A DNA stretch of 64,000 nucleotides from the human T2T-CHM13v2.0 reference genome, Homo sapiens, in assembly GCF_009914755.1 (NCBI RefSeq), contig NC_060941.1; one strand, 5' to 3'. Positions within the stretch are counted from its first letter, which is position 1. Each line of letters begins with the position of its first letter. Below are positions 14,270 to 29,937 of the stretch, piece after piece. Below the pieces are notes generated by a model. The model did no database searches. It was not told the origin of the DNA and saw nothing but the letters and a program-made list of their open reading frames with translations. The position numbers were made by a program, and so were the translations under genes.

Positions 14270-14900
14270 TTCCTCTCTGCCTCTTCTCCAGCTACACTGC
14301 CCTCATTTCAATTCCCCTCACATGCAAAACACACTTCCTCCTCAAGGCCTCTGCACTTGCCACTATTGTCCCTAGGATGCTGTTCCACTAGATATGCACA
14401 TAGGTATTCTCTCATTTCAGCCAGGTCTTTATTAAAATACAAAGTTCTCAGTAAAGCCAACTGGCTGTTCAAGCTATCACACAGATGCCCTTCCCCAGTT
14501 TGCCTATTTTTTTTTCTTCGTAGCAATTATTTTATATAATAAACCATTTAAATTCTTTTTTTTTTAATTTTTAGGGACAGGGTCTCATGTTGTTGCCCAG
14601 GCTGGAGTGCAGCTCACTACAGCCTCAAATTCCTGAGTTCAGGTGATCCTCCTGCCTCAGCCTCCCAAGTAGCTGGGAGTACAGGCCTGTGCCATCAATC
14701 TAAGCTAATTAAAAAAAAATTGCAGAGACATGGTCTTTTATGTGTTCCAGGCTGATCTCAAATCTATTTATGTTTTGTTTCACCTAGTAGAATGAAAGCT
14801 ACTTGAAGGAGATTTTGGTCTCTTTAATTGACTTCTCTATTCTAGCTCTAGAATAGTAGTCAACACTTAATACTCATGTCTGTTGAATGAATGAATGTCA
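14270..14900 (+). mobile_element. L2 3' portion, interrupted by an AluJ
   Basis: 'cctcaaggcctctgcacttgc' and the terminal 'tgttgaatgaatgaatg'. Confidence 0.75.
14555..14763 (-). mobile_element. AluJ, 5'-truncated
   Basis: T-tail, diverged right arm and partial left arm. Confidence 0.85.
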
Positions 14901-15342
14901 TAATGTGGGCATCTATATCCAATTGTGCCTGAAGCTTGTGGACCTTTCACTTATCTGAGAAAAACAATTTATCTTGTATTCTTTAGTCGGGAGTTCTACA
15001 TCAGCTTTAATTTAAAAAGTGTACATAATAAACAATTTTATATTTATATTTGTATAAATTGAAGAATGGCACTTTATTCCTTTGATTGAAATCAATAAGT
15101 TGCCCATGATATGGTAAGACTCCTGAATTTCTGACTCCCTAAAAGATATCTGCCGTTAATAAAAAATTTAAGTTATGCTTTAAAACAATAAAAATTACAC
15201 AATTTGCAAACAAATAAGTGGGTTATGTCTTATTCATATGGATTTTGTAAACTATACTCACAGGTAACAAAAATCCAGCATAGAATGTGGAAGACAAGAC
15301 ATGCTAAAGAAAGAGGTGTACGATTAAAAGTAAACATGAATA

Positions 15343-15672
15343 CAGTTGTCTCTTGTATCCTTGGGGGATTTGTTCCAGGACCCCCGTGGATAGCAAAATC
15401 CATGGATATTCAAGTCCCTTATATAAAATGCGTAGTATTTGCATATAAGCTATGTACATTCTCCCACACACTTTAAATCATCCTTAGATTACTTATAATA
15501 CCTACTACAATGCAAATGCTAAGTGAATAGCTGTTGTACTGTATTGTTTTTGTTTGAGTTATTTTTATTATGTTATTTGAATTAGTGTTTTTATTTATTT
15601 TTAAAATTTTCCATTCACATTAATGGTTGACTGAGTCCATGGATGTGGAGCCCACAGATATAGAGCCAACTC
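15343..15672. mobile_element. MER2 (TcMar-Tigger MITE)
   Basis: TA followed by 'cagttgtctcttgtatccttgggggatttgttccaggaccccc' and the end 'gtccatggatgtggagcccacagatatagagccaact'. Confidence 0.85.
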
Positions 15673-16872
15673 AATAGTGCACTTCACTTAGAAGAAGCTT
15701 CTATATCACTTGCTGTAGAGGGTTTAGTGTGTAAGGATGGTGCAAGAATTGGTGTGACTTACATTGTTAATATATGCACACACATACACAAACATGGAAG
15801 AAATTATGAACCATTTGAAAGACTACATAAGTGTATCATTCTTGGGTCATTTATTAGGATGAGGAATGAGATTTTTTAATATTACCACTATAAAGTGATC
15901 TATTTACTAAGCTCTTCACTGTAATATCATGATTTAAATTCACCTTATGTTAGTGATATCTAGAACCTCAATTACTGGTGGAGCTTTTGCAACACAATTT
16001 TGATTTCAGTCTCAAAGAAATTGCATTAGGAGCTGTTAAACAGTAGGGGTTAATTTAATTCCAAATGATGATGTTTAACAATTTTAAAATGAGTCAATAA
16101 ATGATAAAACAATACATGAGTACATAAATTTGTGTATTCTCATGATTTCATTGTACATTTATGAAAAAATAGTAAAATCTATTTAAAAAGCCAACACATG
16201 GAATTTCTGGGAAGAAATTTTGATGTTTTGATATATGTTTCAGAGATGCCTAACTTATTTTCTGGTCATCTCTAAACTCATTTTATTAAAATAGAAGTCT
16301 TCACGTTCTAACAAAATATTTTTTCTAAATAAATCTTAATACTTTTATTATAATAGACCAGGAACAAAGATAACATGTCTTTCTATACCAAAGTATTGAA
16401 TACTTTGAAAAATAAATTACTATAATTTTAGCTAGCCTCCATTATATGGCATGCAATGTATAAAAGGCATGTTTTTATTCTGTTAGAATAGTTTATCTTG
16501 ATTTTAAAAATAGAAAAAGTAGCACTTTTTGACTTCCAAATCCACTTGGATTTTCTAATAAAAACTAAAATCTAGGTAGCTGAATGCTTCTTTTTAGGAG
16601 TAAATATTTTCAGAACAAGAATAAAGAACACGAGTCTGTAATGCAAAGGAAATGAATTGGCAATCATTCAGAGTTTTCCTTATTTTCATTGTTTTCTTTT
16701 GTTTATAATGACTTATATACTGAATGTTATCCCAATAGAATATTTCAACAGTATTCCTAATCTGTAGATTCCTAATGAATTTGTTTACCTATGAAAATAA
16801 ATTCTGAATCAGTTAATGAAACATGAAATAAACACGTATCTGTACATAGACACACACACACACAGTATGCCC

Positions 16873-17027
16873 TAGTGCTGGGCTTCTAAAACTCGATGTG
16901 CACATGAAACACCTGGAGATCACATTAAATGCAGATTCCGGTCCAATAGGTCTGGATCTTGCATCCTTAACAATGTCGCAAGTGATAGCCATACTCTGCT
17001 CCTTGAAGTAAACTTTGAACATCAGGG
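16873..17027. mobile_element. MER5A/B (hAT-Charlie)
   Basis: 'gaaacacctggagatcacattaaatgcagattcc...tgcatccttaacaa...gtgat'. Confidence 0.75.
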
Positions 17028-18689
17028 GTTACTTGGCTGACTACAAGCCTGAATATGTTTTCACCACAAAGGTTTTTATGTGATTTCTTCATTGGCCTCT
17101 TCTTTTTAATATTATAGAAAAAAAAGCTTTAATATTATAGAAAAAAAGACATCATGTTTCCTAATCTTTTTATGTTTCTCCATGGCTAACATTTTTTATA
17201 TGAAGGTAATATTAAGTTCCTTTGTCTTGGAACGAAATTTTATTCTAGTTATGTCCAGATATAATTTCAAATATATTTTGTTTATTGGTCAATGAGAATT
17301 TTGTCTATAGAATCAATGTTTTCTAATTTTTTTCCTTAATAGCTTTTGAATATTTATTTCTATTATTTTTCCATGTTTTCTAATTTTGTTATATCTCCAG
17401 GTGCTGTTTTCCATATGGTTTGCCATTTTTTAAAAAAGGTATTATAATTCTTTTTTTCCCCTGAGTTTAGGAGAATTGCAGAAATGTGGCTTTTTATTGA
17501 CTCCTTCACCATTCTGAATTTAGTAATTTGTATTTTCTTCTTGTTCTCTTATTTTCTTCTTTGCAATTATCTTAGTAATGGATTTAGTGTTGGTTTATAG
17601 TCAAAAGATTTTTATTTTTTTCATGAGTGTAAGATTAAACCAAGAAAGGAAACACATTTTATACATAGCCATTCACTTCACTTATTGACTTTATAAACTA
17701 ATTAATTTATTTATGCAATCATTCATTGAACAACTTCTACTCTTCAACAACTTAGAGTATAACTGATTTTACAGACAGAATAATCCCTGTAATTCTGGGT
17801 CTCTTAGCAAGATAAACCTCATTTACTTATCTTCTGCTTATCAAAGTTACCACCCCACAGTCTTTTGTTTGTAGCAGTTGTTGACCTTTGAAAGAGATAT
17901 ATTTTTCATCTTCTAATTATTGCAGACTTCACGCAGGGGAGAACAAAACTGATGGGTTCATCTGAAGGGCAGTTCAGCAGCTGGATCAGTCTCATTCATA
18001 TTAAGATCTTAATACCACAAAGAACACTACGTTGAATAGCTAGGGGGAGCGAGTGAGCTTCTAGAGAAACCTGTTCCCTGTTATTTTTATCCAGTTGGGA
18101 TTTGAGGAATTCCACCTAATACTGCCTTATTGCTATCATACCTCATAAACATTTCTCAATGTACTTACAAGTAGACAACAATGTAGGTTGGTTTCCCTTT
18201 GGACCAACAATAAATTTCCCCCATTTTTATGTTTTATTGATCATAATTATGAGAAGCTCAGAGCAGAGCTGGAAAGTCTGGGTACATTTTGCCATCTTAG
18301 TATGAAGTTTTGTACTATTCCTTAGAAGACTGTACTAGAGTGTCGTATATCCCATGAGGACTTACTGAATTGTGAAACTCATGAGTTTTGTGAAACAAAA
18401 CCTAGGAACCATACAAAGTACTTCTAATGCCTCAGGGATTGCAAAAGTAATAAATAGTAATTAATAAAACAACAAAAAAGTAATTTGATTGCTAGAATAT
18501 CATTTATTTGACTTTATGACCAAGCATGTGTCTTATGATGAAATAATTTGTGAGCAATACATCAATTTCTAAATCATGAAGATAAGCAGAAAGGATAACT
18601 GAAACATGTAAGTAGAATATATAAATATATATAAACAAAATTTTTAAATTGTGAGTTTTTTGCAGATTAAAAGATTATCATTTTCCTTT

Positions 18690-20612
<1,923 letters not shown>

Positions 20613-21728
20613 AAAAACCTTTTTTTTTTAAATACAAAGGTAGTAATAGCTAATTGAGTATGTTAAATAACATAAAGTGATTGCCTATTACTTTAAGTGG
20701 CTTTAAATATATAGGCATACCTCGGAGATATAGGGAATTCAGTTCCAGACCACCACAATAAAGGGAATATAGTAATAAAGCATGCCACACATTTTTTTGG
20801 TTTCTCAATGCATATAAACTTTATGTTTACAATATACCATAGTGTATTGTGTTCAAAGGTATTATATCTCAAAAACAGTATGTACCTTAATTTAAAAATA
20901 CTTTTTTTTTTGCTGAAAAAATGCTAACAATCATAAGAGGCTTCAGGAAATTTCAATCTTCTGGCTGGTAAAGGGTCTTGACTTGATGTTGATGGCTGCT
21001 GACTAAGTAGGGTGGTGGTTGCTAAAGATTAGGGCAGCTATAACAATTTCTGAATATAAGACAAAAATGAAGTTTGCCACATTGATTGACTCTTCCTTTC
21101 ATGAAACATTTCTCTGTAGAATTCTATGCTGTTTAATAGCATTTTCTCCACAGTAGATTTTTTTCCCAAAATTGGACACCATCTTCTCTCAAATCCTGGT
21201 ACTGCTTTACAATTAAGTTCATGTAATATTCAAAATCACTTGCTGTCATTTCAACAATGTTGCTTCTACACAGCATCTTCACCAAGAGCTGATTCCATCT
21301 CAAGAACCCACTTTCTTTGCTCACCCATAAGAAGCAGCTCTTCATCCATTGAAGTTTTATCACAAAATTGCAATAATTCAGTCATATCTTCAGGCTCCAC
21401 TTCTATAATTATCTTGTTATTTCCACCACATCTGCAGTTACATCCTCCACTGAAATCTTGAACCTCTCAAAGTCATCAATGAGGGTTGGAATCAACTCCT
21501 TCCAAACTCTTGTTAATGTTGCCATTTTGACCTTCTCCAGTGAATCACAAATGTCCTTAAGGGCATCTGGAATGGTGAATCCTTTCCAGAGGTTTTCAAT
21601 TTACTTTGTCCCGATCCATCCGAGGAATTACTATCTACGGCAGCTATAGGTTTTCAGATATATTGCTTAAATAAGAAAACTGGAGTCAAAATTGCTCTTT
21701 GATACAAGGACTACAGAATGGGTGTTTG

Positions 21729-22082
21729 TTAGCAGGGCATGAAAACAACATTCATCTCTTTGCACATCTTCATTAGAGCTTTTGCGTAATGAGATGCATT
21801 GTCAATGAGCAGTAATATTTTTAAAAGAATCTTTTTTTCTATGCAGTAAATCTCAACAGTGGGCTTAACATGTTCAGTAAACCATGATGTAAACGGATAT
21901 ACTGTCACCCAAGTGTGGTTGTTCCATTTACAGAGCACAGACAGACTAGGTTTAGCATCATTTTTAAGAGCCCCAGGGTTTTTCAAATAGTAAATGAGCA
22001 TTGGCTTCAACTTAAAATCACCGGCTGGATTAACCCCAAACAAAGAAGTTAGCTTATCTTTTGAAGTTTCAAAGCCAGACAT
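21729..22082 (-). pseudogene. Tigger1 transposase DDE-domain fragment, non-functional
   Basis: Translation matches the pogo/Tigger DDE core; the flanking frame is broken by stops and frameshifts. Confidence 0.88.
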
Positions 22083-22466
22083 TCACTTCTGTCTAGCTAT
22101 GAAAATCTTAGATGGCATCTTCTTCCAATGTAAGGCTATTTCGTCTAAACTGGAAATTTGGTTTAGTGTAGCCCCACTGATAAATGATCTTAGCTAGACC
22201 TTCCGAATAACTTGTTGAAGTTTCTACATAAGCACTTGCTGTTTCACCTTGCAATTTTATATTCTAGAAATAACTTTTTTCCTTAAATCTCATGAACAAA
22301 CCTCTGCTACCTTCATACTTTACTTATGCAGCTTCCTCACCTCTCAGGTTTTACAGAATTGAAGAGAGTTAGGGCATTGGTCTGGCTAGGCTTTAGCTTA
22401 AGGGAATGTTGTGTCTGCTTTGATTTTCTATCTATATTACTCAAACTCTTCATATCAGCAATAAGC

Positions 22467-22469
<3 letters not shown>

Positions 22470-22520
<51 letters not shown>
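22470..22520. repeat. (TG)~25 microsatellite inside Tigger1
   Basis: Perfect TG run. Confidence 0.98.
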
Positions 22521-22524
<4 letters not shown>

Positions 22525-24125
22525 TTTACCTTCTTATCATTTGTGTGTTCCCTGCAACAGCAATTTTAATCTCCTTCAAGGACTCTTCCTTTGCATTCAC
22601 AAAATGGCTGTTCGATGCAAGAAATCTAGCTTTCAGTCTGTCTTGGCCTTCAGCCTATCTTGGCTTTAGGCATGCTTACCTCATTAAACGTAATCATTTC
22701 TAGCTTTTGATTAAAAGTGAGAGATATGTGACTCTTCTTTTACTTGAACACCCAAAGACCATTGTAGGGTTATCAATTGTTCTAATTTTAATGTTGTTGT
22801 GTCTCAGAAAATACGGAAGTCCAAGGAGAAGGAAAGATATTGAGGAATGGCCAGTTGATGGAACGGAGAGAAGACCACACAGTATCTATCAAATAAGGGC
22901 GTAATTTGTGGCATCTCAAAACAATTACAATAGTAACATCAAAAATAACTAGTCAGAGATCACCATAACAGTTATAATAATAATGAAAAGATTTGAAATA
23001 TTGTAAGCATTATCAAAATGTAACAAAGACACAGAGTGAGTATATGCTATTAGAGAAATGGCACTAATAGGCTTGGTCAATGCTTGGTTGTCACAGACTT
23101 TCAATTTGTTAAAAATGCAGTACTGTGAAGCACAGTAAAGCAAAGTACAATAAAGTGAAGTATGCCTGTACTCATAATAAAAACAAAAAACTGCAAATAA
23201 GAATAAAAACTTCTAAAGAACATAATAATATTTTTCTTCGATAGCAGGAATATAAAATCCTAAATATTTGTTCATTTTTTTGAAATGATATATGGGATAC
23301 AAATTAGTTGGTTTTCTTTCTGAATTCTTATATTTGACCCAAGAAATATAAGTATCTGTTATAGATAGGTGTTCAGACGTTTTGATAAGTTTGTGTTCTC
23401 ATACATTTTATATGGTTAAAATACTATTGATGTTTAAAGAAAAGATGAGCTATATTCCTAGGTTTAAATTCTGTCATCTCCAAATTTCTGCTCTTTTTTA
23501 CTTTGCGTAAAGGGATAAGAAAAAACCTATAATAAATATTCAAATTTTATTTTGTTTAATTCTTCTCCTCAAAAACCATTATATCTAAATGAATTATTAT
23601 AGTTTTTTTCTGATGTAACTCCTGATTCTAAAAAGAAATAAAAAAAAGAGGATTATTATTTATTGGGCTCCTGGGAAGCCTGCATTCTCTTGAATTCAAT
23701 ATATGCTTCTTAGAAAACAGAAGACAGTGCAGGCTGTAAGTATTCATAGAAGTTTTGACCACATATAATCAAAAGTTATAAAAAATTATTACGAAAAGAG
23801 GTCATATATTTCATAGAAAATTAAATAATTATTCTTAGAGCCCACTACAATATTAGCATATTATGTGTTCCCTCACAGAAGGAAAAATCTCTACAAATAC
23901 AACACATTAATTCAACTGTAGCACCTCTAATACCTTAAGTATCAAAAATAAAATGGGAGTATAAGGCCATAGCCATCATTTCATTAAACTATACAGAACC
24001 TTTATCTTTCAGAATGTATACTTATTATTGATCATTAAAAGTTAACTCCAAATATTGCTAGAATATAGCTAAAACACATTTTAAAATACAATATAGTTCT
24101 GAAATATTCTGGTTCAGAGAAAAAA

Positions 24126-24240
24126 ATGTGTATATATATGTGTATACATACATATATACAGACACTTTTTTATATGTGTATTTGTGTATATATGTATGTA
24201 TGTGTGTATACAACACACATATACACACACACAGACATAC
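24126..24240. repeat. Mixed (TA)/(TG)/(CA) low-complexity repeat
   Basis: Visible directly. Confidence 0.85.
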
Positions 24241-24309
24241 GTAATGCTGGAATCATCAAAGTATGTCTCAGAGTCAAATCTAGCTCACTGTCAATATTTT
24301 TGTTGTTTG

Positions 24310-24740
24310 TTTGTTGAAGAGCAAGTCATGTAACATCAGATTAACCATTTGAAAGGACGCAATTTAGTGGCAATGAATACATTCACAATGTGGTGCAAAC
24401 CACCACCTCTATCAAGTGTAATGCATTTTCATAATCCCCCCAAAGATACTTTGCACTTACTAAGCAGTCAGTCTCCATTCACCCTTCCTGCAGATGCTGG
24501 CAACCGCCAATGTGCTTCTGGTTATATGGATTTACCTATTCTGGATATTCCACATAAATCCAATTATATAGTATGTGAATTTTCTGCCCGGCTTCTTTCA
24601 CTTAGCACGTTTTTGAGATTCATCCATGTTATAACAGATATCAGTACTTCATTTCTTTTTATTTGTGAAAGACATTTCATTATATGTATATACTACAATT
24701 TGTGTATTTATTAATCTATAATGAACATTTTGACTGTGTA
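24310..24740 (-). mobile_element. L1MB-type 3'UTR fragment
   Basis: 'acattcacaatgtggtgcaaaccaccacctctatc' and 'atggatttacctattctggatattcc'. Confidence 0.8.
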
Positions 24741-24744
24741 GTAA

Positions 24745-27005
24745 TTTCAGTCTTTTCTCCTTTATGAGTCAAGCTAGTTAAAACTTTATCAATTTTGTGG
24801 ATATTTTTTGAAATCCAACTTTTGGATTTGTTCATTTTGTCTGTTGTTTTTCTGTTTTCTCTTTTTAGAATATCTATTGTAATCTTTGTGATATCCTTCC
24901 TTCTACTAGCATTAGATTTAGTTTACTCTTATTTTTCTAGTTCCTTGAGGTATAAAATCAGGTTATTGATCTGAGATTTTTTTATTTGTTATTACGCACA
25001 TTTACTGCTATACATTTCCCTCTAAGCTTAATTTTTATTAAATCCCATACGTTTTAGCATTCTGTGCTTTCATTTTCATTTATCTTTAAGTACTTTTAAA
25101 TTTCTCTTGTGGTTTCTTATTTTACTCATTGGTTAAGGGTGTGTTGTTTAATTTCCACATGTTTGTGAATTTTCCAGTTTTCCTTCTGTTATTAATTTCT
25201 AGTTCCATTCTATTGTGCTTGTGGAATAAACTTTGAAATATCATAATATTTCAACATTTATTGAAACATATTTTTTACTTTATGTATGGGCTATTCTCAA
25301 GAATGTTCCATGTACAACTGAGAAAAATGTGTATTCTGGTGTTGTTGGGTGGAGCATTCTGTTTATGTCTGTTTAAGTATTGAGTGTTGGTTAAGTTGTT
25401 GTATCCATTATTGAATATATTGTTTCTGATCAAATACTGTTTCTGTTTTTGTTCTTTCTCTCCACTTTGTGAGACGTCTTTTATGTTTATATTGGTATGT
25501 TTTATGGTGTCACACAGGTATTTTAGCTCTGTTATTTTTCTTCCTTGTTTCATTTTTCTGTTGCTTACACTGGGTAATTGTGATTGACCTATCTTCAAAT
25601 TTGTTGATTTTATTTCTTCTGTCTCTTCAAATCTACTATTAAAACTCTCTAGTAAATTTTTATTTTCGTTATTGTGTTTGTTTTGGCTCCAGAGTTATGT
25701 TTGGTTCTTTTTAAATAATATATATTTCTTTATTGATATTTTCTATTTGTTTATATGGTGTCCTATTGGTTTTCTTTCTCTATTTGTACATGGTATATTT
25801 TAGCTCTTTGAGCATATTTAATATCATTGATTTTAAATCTTTGTTTAGTAATGTAACATCTTTGTTTCCTTGGGATAGTTTTTGTTCATGTCTCTTGAGA
25901 ATGGACTATACTTTCCGATATCTTTTCATTCTATTTTTTGTTGCAAATTGGACATATTAAGTATTATGATGAAATAATTCTGAAATCTGATTCTTCTCCT
26001 TCCTTGGGTTTTTTTTTTTAATTTGCTTTTTGTGGGTTGAGATAGTTTCGGTAGTGACTTTTTAAAAGTATTTTCAGAAAGTCTATATTCTTTTTTACGT
26101 ATGGTCTCTGAATTCTCTGTAGGTTTAGCTTGTGGTCTACCAGTGTTTTAACAGAGATTTTCTTAAACAACTGAAGCCACAAAAAATTAAAAGAAAAAAA
26201 TAAAATGAAAAAATATTATTTTCCTATTCTGACAAGATTGGCTCTATGTTGATGCATCATTTTAATGCTTAATCAGGCCGTTTACAACTCTGTCTAAGCC
26301 TTCACTTCCTGCTGCCCTGAAACCAGGGATCAGCGCAAGGTGAAAGCTTTGGGCCTTCTGTCTTGTCTGAGGATGAGTCCTACTCTGTTTTCATGTGTTC
26401 CTTTGTGTGTTCTCTGGTATATGCAGGCACTTTTCAATTCCCTAATTCCCAAAGAAACTCTCTCCAGCTTTTCCTCCCAGGCTTCAGCTTTTCTGTTGTT
26501 TCCCTTGACTGTAATGTTTTGCTGCAGTTGGCAATGGGTTGTTCAATTGCTTTATAATGTTTTGAAGAAATATCCTCTGCATAGTTGTGGTCTGCACTGA
26601 GAGAATTCTGAGTTCTGTGAAACAAAAGCAAGTACCTCGGGCCATTCCTTCAGGTAACCCTCAGACAGGTCAAAACAGACAAACACAAATTATCTGAGAA
26701 TAATGTCTGCTTTACTCCTTTCATAACCTAGGGCCAGTGTTCTATACTAGGAATGTGGGCTACTGTCTTCAAGACTGCCAGCGAAGTAGGTGAGGCAAGG
26801 GAAAGTAAAAACATCACAAAGATTTCTTGTCATTTTTAAGTTGTCTTTTCCTTGATTCAGCATTTAGTTTGTTGGTACAGTCTTTGAATATTTTTCAGAC
26901 ATTGGGGAAAATTGATTCTGACAGTTTTGCTTAATTTTTCGATGTTTCAGTTGAGGGACAGGCCCTTGAAACTACCTACTCTGTCATTTTTGCTGACATC
27001 ATGCC
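24745..27005 (-). mobile_element. Ancient L1M: endonuclease region, ORF1 and 5' region
   Basis: ORF 25275-25598 contains ORF1-like (LCDTIKHTNI) and EN-like (HIFLSCTWNI) pieces; T-rich antisense L1 composition. Confidence 0.7.
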
Positions 27006-27009
27006 TTAC

Positions 27010-27188
27010 TGTATATTTTTGGAGATAGATTTTTATTGGAACGCAGCCACTTTTTTCTTTTACTTACAATCTATAGCATCTCTTGAGCTACATTGACAGA
27101 ATTGAATAGTTGTAACAGACTGCCTAAACTGAAAACCCTAAAATATTTACTACCTGGTCATTTTTAGAAAATGTTTTCTGACCCCAGC
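27010..27188. mobile_element. MER58A (hAT-Charlie)
   Basis: 'ttttattggaacgcagcca', 'gaattgaatagttgtaacagac' and 'cctaaaatatttactacctgg...ttctgacccc'. Confidence 0.8.
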
Positions 27189-27372
27189 TGTAGGATAGGA
27201 AAGTTTAGAAGTATGTAACTTCCATCTCAATGGTGAAAATTATCTACAGTAAAAGGATACAAAGTTTTAGGACTGATAATAAAAATAATCAGCTAGATAA
27301 ACACTGACTTTTTTTTCTATTGTACAATATATTTCCACATGACCAAAGGGATTACAATGGATTGATTTAGTT

Positions 27373-27569
27373 TGGTGATTTCATATTACACACTGTGGAG
27401 CCCTAAGATTCTGCAGACTTGCCTTAGGTTGACAGCAGGGCAAAGCTCTGGAAACACTGGTGTATTTCAACCAAAACATCTCCACTTTTGTTTCACGTAT
27501 CTGAATGTGTATAAAATTTCATTTGTAAAAAGCGTTCTTTTGATTTTGTGAAAGATTAAAAATCACTTC
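27373..27569. mobile_element. MER103C-like hAT element
   Basis: 'tgtggagccctaagattctgcaga' and 'tttcaaccaaaacatctccactttt...atttcatttg..aaaagcgttc'. Confidence 0.65.
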
Positions 27570-28324
27570 TTTAGCTGATTGATTTTCATCATTAATTCCA
27601 TGAAATTTAAATCTAATTACAGAATTGCAAGAACTAAATTTATAATTGCCATATCTTTGTTTTACTTTATTACTTTTCTGAGACCTCACAAATCATTTTC
27701 AAAGTAGATATCAATCCCTATGTTGTCACTCTGTAGAATAGAGTGCTTGATAAAAGATTTAAATTGGTGCTTTTTTGTACAATGATTTGTGAGTCTTCAT
27801 ACAGTGAATAAAGTAGAGGCTTTCATCAGTAATTTTAAATTCAGTTATTGTAATTCTATAATAAGATACGTGACAAACCTCATATGTTATTCCAAAAATA
27901 ATTCTTCAGTTTACGCATGGAAAGAGCAAGGGAGGAAAAACAGAGAGAGAAATTGAGAGACAGAAAAAGAGGCAGAGAGAGAGAGAGGGATTCTTCAATG
28001 GAAGAAACTAATTCCTTTAAGGCGAGAAATTTGCTAGGGTAGTAAAAGAAGTTAGTTTAGGAGAAAAAATGGTGAATTTTCATTTGTATAGTCTTGTTAT
28101 TTCTGCCTTTGTGCTTTTAATAACTTGAGCCTTTCTTTCTTTCTTTCACAAATATTACAAAAAATGTAGACAAGTTATTATATTTGAGAAATAAATGCAC
28201 ACACATATATATGGGTGTTCTCTAAAGAATTATGAGTATCAACCAAATAATTATGGTTTTAATCATTTTGAATTATCCACTGTCACAATCACTATAAGCT
28301 CTTATATTTCTTTTAACAACGCTT

Positions 28325-28428
28325 TTTAAAATTAATTTTATTTTGTATATTTAAGGTATACAACATGATGTTATGGGACACATAAATAACAATACAATTA
28401 CTATAGTAAAGCAAATTAGCATATATTT
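28325..28428 (-). mobile_element. L1MA8/9-like extreme 3' fragment
   Basis: 'ttgtatatttaaggtatacaacatgatgtt...ttactatagtaaagcaaattagcatat'. Confidence 0.7.
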
Positions 28429-28979
28429 TAAATAGTATCAATTTTGATACACTTGTGATTTTTATAGACTTTGGTATTTAATAAGTGTTAAAAATAAAAG
28501 TTCTTAATGTGTCAAATGACTACTTTGTGAACTCATTGTTACACTGATGTTTAGGAAATTAAGTCCTGACAGTTTTCTCAAATTGTAGCCACACTGTTTC
28601 TTTATCCTTTGATGGTAATTTGCTATGTTCTGAATATAAAATGTACATAAGCTAGAAATATAAAAATTTAATTTTTTAAAGCATGTTGATAAACCCAAAC
28701 AGAGCAGTGGAGTTGTGAGGTGAGATCATGTAATTGCCATTTAGAAGTACTATATGGTCCCCAGTTATTTTGTCTTTGACAAGAGAACAAACTTACATCT
28801 CTCTCACTTCTTTTTTCCCTATCTTCACTGCACTTGTTTCTGCCTTGTAATTTCCATGTCTTAGACTGTCCAAGACCTTTCCAAGGTCCTGAATTCATGA
28901 CCTGTAAAAGATTCTAACCTTCTATAGAGTCTCATTTCCTACAGTACTCATCTCCCCTACATATTATTATATATTAACT

Positions 28980-29228
28980 GAGGGATCAATAAATTTCTTT
29001 AAATATTCAATGATTATGTACCAAAGACATTAAATACTTTATACTTTATAGGGCATATGATATCTGCTGCCACTACTCAAATCTGCTATAGTAGCTCAAA
29101 ATTAGCCACAGGCAATATGCAGACAAATGACTATGGCTGTGTTGCAATAAAACTGTATACATGGATAATGAAATTTGAATTTCATATAGCTTTCAAATGT
29201 CACATAATATTTTTCTTTGAAATGTTTC
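28980..29228 (+). mobile_element. MER58B, first part
   Basis: 'ctactcaaatctgctatagtagc...gactatggctgtgttgcaataaaactgtat...gaaatttgaatttcatata...tgtcacataatat'. Confidence 0.85.
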
Positions 29229-29937
29229 TTTCTTTTTTTCATAAAAGGGAATTTTTTATTTCCGTAAACATTTAGAAACTGACACAACTCAGGGTTATAA
29301 AATTGTTATTTTAGGAAACAAAAGTGATTTAACTCACAAAGACAAGGCAATGAAAAAAACATTCGTTTTAGTTGCTTGTAAATGTGGAAATAAATTGAGA
29401 GAAATTTTGGCATAAATGATCAAATCCCTTGGTAACCAGATTATTTAAGTCACTGCTATTAGAATTAATGACACTGTTCTCAGGAAAAAGAATCTCTGGC
29501 CTTTACAACTCTTTACTTAGAAGATAGTATTTCAGTAAAATTAATAAACAATAACTTACTTGGGAAATGTATTTGGATTAGAATTAAAAACATTGATTAC
29601 AACATTTCACATAAGAAAATGAAAAAAACTAGTTTGAACAAATACATTGTTCATATTATAAATTAAACAGCATAATATGTTGCTAATACTTTTAAGTTCC
29701 TGTGATTTTAAAAATGAGAATATTTTCAAAATCTATGTGTTATACAGTTGCTAAAACTCTACTGATAATGAGAGCCATTTGAAGATGAATTTCATGGAAA
29801 TAAATTTGTTCTAGAATAAAATAAAAATGGGAACTATTAATCCAGAAATCATTCATAAATCAATTCCTGAAGATTTTGAAAATTATATTTTTTAAATAAA
29901 ATCATTCTTATTTTGCAATTACTTGATACATTTTACA

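Larger units (their letters stand above)
20712..23168 (-). mobile_element. Tigger1, essentially full-length DNA transposon with a disrupted transposase
   Basis: TIRs '(t)aggcatacctc' and 'gaagtatgcctg', both flanked by TA. ORF 21729-22082 is a Tigger1/TIGD1-type DDE domain (GDFKLKPMLIY...KILLLIDNA). Confidence 0.95.

Noticed and set aside
17926-18056. Acceptor 'ttattgcag' and donor-like 'gtgagc' pair
   Set aside because: There are stops in all three frames. It could only be non-coding and has no other support.
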